Origin: Macrostomum lignano | Lineage: Eukaryota | Direction of reading: 5' to 3' | DNA length: 64,000 nucleotides | Assembly: GCA_002269645.1 (NCBI GenBank) | Contig: NIVC01001793.1 | Span: 1-64,000, forward strand | In this document: piece by piece, positions 58,846-64,000 of the stretch | How the letters are laid out: each line of letters begins with the position of its first letter | Position numbering within the stretch: the stretch's first letter is position 1 | The notes under the pieces: model-generated | The model's input: only the letters and a program-made list of their open reading frames with translations | Told to the model about the DNA's origin: nothing | Database searches by the model: none | Made by a program: the position numbers and the translations under genes

Positions 58846-61800
58846 TCAATCGCTAAGCTCGAACCGGGTTAGGCAGTCCATTAGCCAGTCTACAGATTTG
58901 TACAGTACGCCTTCGATTTCTGGCCGATTGGTAACCGGTCCAGCGGCTCCGCCTTTCTTCTTTGAGTTCTGCTGCTGCTGCTGCTGCTTGGCATCGAACA
59001 GGACGACAACAGCACAGGAGGCCAGCTGAGAGTCCTTAGCCGCGTGGTACGGCACTGTGAACACGAAATCCTGCAGGAAGCCCGGCTTGGGCTCGCGGGC
59101 AATCAGCTGTGCGCCAGCCAGAGTGAGCAGGCGGCTCAGCTCCTGCCTAGACGGATTGGCGCCCGGCCCAATGCTGGCGCTGTCCAGGTGGAAATGACAG
59201 CCATTGAGCAGCGGCGGCAGGCCCTGTAGTAGTTGAAAAGCGAGTTTTTCATTAACCTCCCAGAGTCACTTGCGTTGTCCCAGAGTCCTTTCAAGGTCGT
59301 TGCAGGCAACCCAGGTAAAATAGGTAAGAAGTGACTTTAAAGATGGACGGGAAACCTCCGTTTCTTGGAAAATTTAGGAGGCAGGCCCAATGTTCATTTT
59401 TTGATATGTTGTGCCTCTCTTATAACACTGTTGATATTCATAAAGCTTCTCGTTCAGAAAGTTAGGATTCTATGTTAATTCTTATCCTACGTACATTCCC
59501 TGTACCTGAAAATCATAAAAATGCATGGCACAGCTCGACTCGTTGGTTTTATGAATCTATTTTACCATCTCTGTTACACATATTGTTACACAGTCAGCTA
59601 ACAATGACAAAATAGATTCATACAATTAATGAGCTGTGCCATGTATTTTTATGATTTTCGACCGCTATCGAAAGCAATAAAATTTTTTGTGCTGAAAAAA
59701 TGAAAACTTCCTGGCTCTGACTCTGACTTTGAAACGGCCCTGACTTTCTAATACGCACAAGGACAAACGGATTCGAACCCGCGACCTCTGACGCGTTAAC
59801 CGCCGAGAGCAAATCCGCCCCGTTGCGTGCACCTTGGCGCACTTCAAGCGACATTGTCACACAACCGGCGAGAGGCATTACTGGCCATTCCGCCGACTCC
59901 CCTGAGCAGGCACACACACAGGAGTGTACAGCGGCCCTAACTTTATTTATCGTTATGCATGCATGTTAGATTGGCCCTCAATTGCGTTAATTGCACGAGC
60001 AGAGCCAAGCCGACATTCCAATTCAGCCTCAAATTAATGTGACTGCACTTGGAATCGAGCCTGGGCCGCTGGCACATCGATGGCAAACCCACAGAAAGTG
60101 CAGTGTACATAAAGGAGTCAAAAGCCAGCTCACCTGCAGCCGGTTCAGCCTTGACCGCCTGGGCCCGCCCGTGTCCGGTAGGGTGCAGGTGCCGCCAACC
60201 TCGAACGGCTCCTCGGCAACCCGAGCCTTGGCGTTGGCGCACTGCTGCACCCATTCGAAGCTGACAATCCAACGGCCGAGGGCGGCGGCCTCAAGGAACT
60301 TCAGCGTGCGGGGGGCCGAGCCGCGCTCGTCAACTGACGTCACCAGGTGGGTGACATCCGGGCCCACGTTCTGGCGGGGGCGGGGCGGGGGCCAGGGATT
60401 AGCCTGGATATGAACTGTGCCATCATAGATCATACCAGAGATTAGTGGGGTACCGAAATCTACCCCACTAATTAGAGTGCTTAGAGTGAGAGACACAGAA
60501 ATCTCACCCATGAGAGTGGAGACTCAATTCTAGAGATTCTCAAGACCTATTTTTCAGTAATAAATGAGTTAAATAAAGTTATTCAACTAAAATTTTCGCA
60601 CCTGAACGCAGGTGCCGCCAATCATAGCAGCCAGCTGGGCAGTCAGCTTCCTATCCTTCAACGACAGTCCTGTGCTGACTAACTGGGGCGGACGGGCAGC
60701 AGCTGAAGCAGCGGCCGCGGCAGCGGCGGATTCGACAGACGATGACGCAGTGGACTGAGTGGTCACAGGCAGGCCATCCCGCGGCTTCGTGTTATCGATG
60801 ATCCGGCGCATGGCCTGGCCTCGGCACAGCTGCCTGTAAGGATTAAGGATTAATTAGTATATGGATTAGGGTTTGGAAGAAAGTAGACAGATATTACAGA
60901 GCCCACAAATCACCTACAGGTATTATAAAACCCACGAATCCCCTACAGGTATATTACAGAATTCACAAACCACTCACAGATATTACAGAATTCACAAACC
61001 ACTCACAGATATTACAGAATTCACAAACCACTCACAGACATTACAGAACTCAAAAACGACTCAAAGATATTACAGAGTTCACAACCCCCCAGATATTAGA
61101 CACAAAACTTAGAGCTTACCTGGGCGCCCGACCCGCTAGATTAAGCTGATCCGGGTCGGCACCGAACTCCAGCAGCAGACGGGCCACCTCCAGCTGGTCG
61201 GATTCCACGGCATCGTGCAGCGGAGTGTCGTTATCGCCTCCTGGCATGTTGGCATTGGCGCCGCTCTCCAGCAGCAGGCGGGCCAGGGCCACGTGACCGC
61301 GGGTCACGCATTCGTGCAGCGGAGTCCAGCCGGCATTGTCCTTGCTGTTGGGATCGGCGCCTTCAGTCAGCAGCTGGGTAGCCTTGGCAAGGTCGCCTCG
61401 GATGCAGGCCAGCTGCGAGATGAGTAACCAATAATAATACAGGTATTAGTAAGGCCATAATAATACAGGAACCATCGAGTAAGCCATAATAATACAGGCA
61501 TCAAAGTCACACAGGCGCCAATCACACTGAAATCAGCAGATTAACAGTAGAACTACCAAGAGGGGGGGAATCCCCCCCCCCTGACAATTTTTTTGCTGCG
61601 CCGGAACGGAGCAACACAGGCACACGAAATTCAAGAACACTGGCTAACTTTTTGTTGCGCACCTTCTCAAACAAGAATCAAGTCGCCAGCCCCCCGGACC
61701 GTCGAGATATTCGACGATTCTGCCAGAAGGTCGGATTTTTCCCATAAGCGCTAGTGTATTCAGTACAACCCCTGTGCGCCAATCAGCACTGCGCCTCAGT

Positions 61801-62658
61801 GCAGCCTTGCCAAGTCTCCAAATTTCATCAGCACGTCGAACACATGTGTCTGAATCAGCTCTGACTTCGTTGGTCACTAGCCTTCACCCAGGCGGAGCTT
61901 CTGGACCCTCAACAGCTGTGGCACCAGGTGACTATGGACATCCTGTTGCAAATATGTCAGGTTTTTCTAATCAAGCTTCAATAATGGGCAAACCTCAACG
62001 GCTGGACATCCTCAGCTAGTCAGTCAAGCATTCAGCCATCACCCCGATGCCGTCGGCACCTTCAACAGGTGGCATCAGGGGAGTAAGGAAACCTGACATA
62101 TTTGCAACAGGGTGTCCATAGTCACCTGGTGTAATCTGTTGAAGGAGCCGACGGCGTCGGGATGATGACGGAATGCTTGAGAGACTAGCTGAGAATGTCT
62201 GGCGGTTGATTCTTGCCCACTGTCGAGGCTTGATCGGCGAAACTAGAGAAATCCCCCCTCTTGGTAGTTCGACGGGCGGAAAAATGGCTTGGCATTCCTA
62301 TTGTTAACAAACAGCAATCTAACCTGCAACAGAGTCTCCCCTTTGCGATTCCGTTTATCAATATTGCCGATGCTACGTTGAGAATAATTCAGTCCGGGAC
62401 TCTGCGATATGCGCGCCTCCTTGGCCAACCGTCTGCCGGTGCGGGGCGCGGTGGCTGCAGTTGGCGCATTGGCCGGCGCGCGCTCTTGCAGTGGCGTCAC
62501 GGGCGGACTGCAGCTGGATTTCATAGCGGACTTTTTTTCCCCAGTTTGAGACTGGGCTGCTGCCGGCTTTTTCTGCTCTTTGCGATTGCTTCCGCCTGCG
62601 GCTTTCTTCTGCAATGGTGGCGGTAGGGGTTGAAAGAGCGCTGGTTTTTTTGTGTCAT
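58846..62658 (-). CDS. BARD1: BRCA1-associated RING domain protein 1 (ankyrin + tandem BRCT), 5'-partial; exons 62658-62324, 61412-61120, 60833-60602, 60403-60134, 59223-58846
   Basis: Ankyrins KRNRKGETLLQLACIRGD, KDNAGWTPLHEC and GGDNDTPLHDAV. BRCT1 has the STG and RTLKF phosphate-pocket residues, VTHLV, EWVQQC and GPRRSRLNR. BRCT2 has LLNGCHFHL, REPKP, TVPYHA and DWLMDC. Phases chain (1,0,2,0,0). The RING exons should lie upstream, probably outside the window. Confidence 0.9.
60870..61080. repeat. Short minisatellite, ~29-bp unit CACAAACCACTCACAGATATTACAGAATT
   Basis: Tandem array in a BARD1 intron. Confidence 0.8.
61550..62270. mobile_element. Unclassified ~720-bp TIR element (GAACTACCAAGAGGGGGG termini) with internal interleaved inverted repeats
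   Basis: 18-bp perfect TIR at 61550 and ending at 62270. No exact TSD (flanks TA / GA). Confidence 0.6.
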
Positions 62659-62974
62659 CTAGGCATGCCATGACATGTCGAAATTAAAAATGGCATAACA
62701 ATTTTTTGCCATTATGCCATTGCCAAATTGCCAATGCTGAATCCCCAATTGCAAATATCAGTTTTGCTTTTAAATTTGTTCAAATATTACCTTGTTTGTC
62801 GTGACAGTTGCATGAATTAAAATTTGCACTTTACGATCAACGGCAAGTTGCATTTCATTATTTTACATTTTATGTCAATGGCATGTCAAAAGTCAAAATG
62901 GCATAACGATTTTGAAGAAAAAAACCCAGGAAAGGGGAAATTCTTATTGAAGAGTGGGTTGGAGGGGATTCTAT

Positions 62975-64000
62975 TCTAATGGTGGGTTTAAGGGGATTCT
63001 AATGACGGGTTTAAGGGGATTCTAATGGTGGGTTTAAGGGGATTCTAATGGTGGGTTTAAGGGGATTCTAATGACGGGTTTAAGGGGATTCTAATGGTGG
63101 GTTTAAGGGGATTCTAATGACGGGTTTAAGGGGATTCTAATGGTGGGTTTAAGGGGATTCTAATGGTGGGTTTAAGGGGATTCTAATGACGGGTTTAAGG
63201 GGATTCTAATGGTGGGTTTAAGGGGATTCTAATGACGGGTTTAAGGGGATTCTAATGACGGGTTTAAGGGGATTCTAATGACGGGTTTATGGGGATTCTA
63301 ATGACGGGTTTAAGGGGATTCTAATGACGGGTTTAAGGGGATTCTAATGGTGGGTTTAAGGGGATTCTAATGACGGGTTTAAGGGGATTCTAATGGTGGG
63401 TTTAAGGGGATTCTAATGACGGGTTTAAGGGGATTCTAATGGTGGGTTTAAGGGGATTCTAATGAAGGGTTTAAGGGGATTTTAATGGTGGGTTTAAGGG
63501 GATTCTAATGGTGGGTTTAAGGGGATTCTAATGGAGGGTTTAAGGGATTCTTAATAACGGGTTTAAGGGGATTTTAATGGTGGGTTTAAGGGGATTCTAA
63601 TAACGGGTTTAAGGGGATTCTAATGACGGGTTTATGGGGATTCTAATGGAGGGTTTAAGGGGATTTTAATGGAGGGTTTAAGGGGATTTTAATGACGGGT
63701 TTAAGGGGATTCTAATGACGGGTTTAAGGGGATTCTAATAGTGGGTTTAAGAGGATTCTTAATAACGGGTTTATAGGGATTCTAATGGAGGGTTTAAGGG
63801 ATTCTAATAACGGGTTTAAGGGGATTCTAATGACGGGTTTATGGGGATTCTAATGGAGGGTTTAAGGGGATTCTAATGACGGGTCTATGGGGATTCTAAT
63901 GGTGGGTTTAAGAGGATTCTAATGACGGGTTTAAGGGGATTCTAATGGTGGGTTTAAGGGGATTCTAATGGTGGGTTTAAGAGGATTCTTAATAACGGGT
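62975..64000. repeat. Minisatellite, 23-bp unit GGGTTTAAGGGGATTCTAATGAC/GGT, running off the window edge
   Basis: Tandem array in a BARD1 upstream intron. Confidence 0.95.

Noticed and set aside
62011-62068. Conserved in-frame TAG in both B copies (DILS*S.KHS) suggesting stop-codon readthrough
   Set aside because: A neighbouring frame is stop-free with an equally strong synonymous pattern, so readthrough is not needed.

Overview
Eukaryotic (metazoan) genomic DNA. GC-rich spliced exons sit among AT-rich, minisatellite-packed introns; the style resembles the flatworm Macrostomum, which is an inference and not a database result. I reconstructed eight protein-coding genes by hand from GT-AG boundaries and reading-frame phase: TM7SF3-like (-, 6 exons), an intronless SLC46-family MFS transporter (+), a type-I membrane ENPP4/5-like phosphodiesterase (-, 4 exons), Bak (+, 3 exons), GNB1L/Asa1-like WD40 (+), two convergent POU4 homeobox paralogues, and the 3' part of BARD1 (-, 5 exons). 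Roughly 30% of the window is tandem repeat (about 26 arrays, units 14-65 bp), and most long ORFs in the supplied track are artefacts of these arrays. Interspersed elements include hAT-type MITEs (two with perfect 8-bp TSDs), another TIR MITE, a tRNA-type SINE and a composite element with exchangeable internal arrays. Five observations stand out. (1) The GNB1L gene has no in-frame genomic ATG and carries a ~170-aa coding VNTR that is open in all three frames, with a single-C frameshift. (2) Two dispersed 62-66 bp mimics of the 28S rDNA R2/I-PpoI target region have conserved arms but a replaced 18-nt core of identical length. (3) A TIR-bounded element in a BARD1 intron contains interleaved inverted repeats with a coding-like divergence pattern. 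(4) Kilobase-scale CpG-free tracts suggest a methylation footprint. (5) A ~640-bp palindrome carries two inward-facing tRNA-like heads. There is no CRISPR array, true rRNA gene or convincing tRNA gene.
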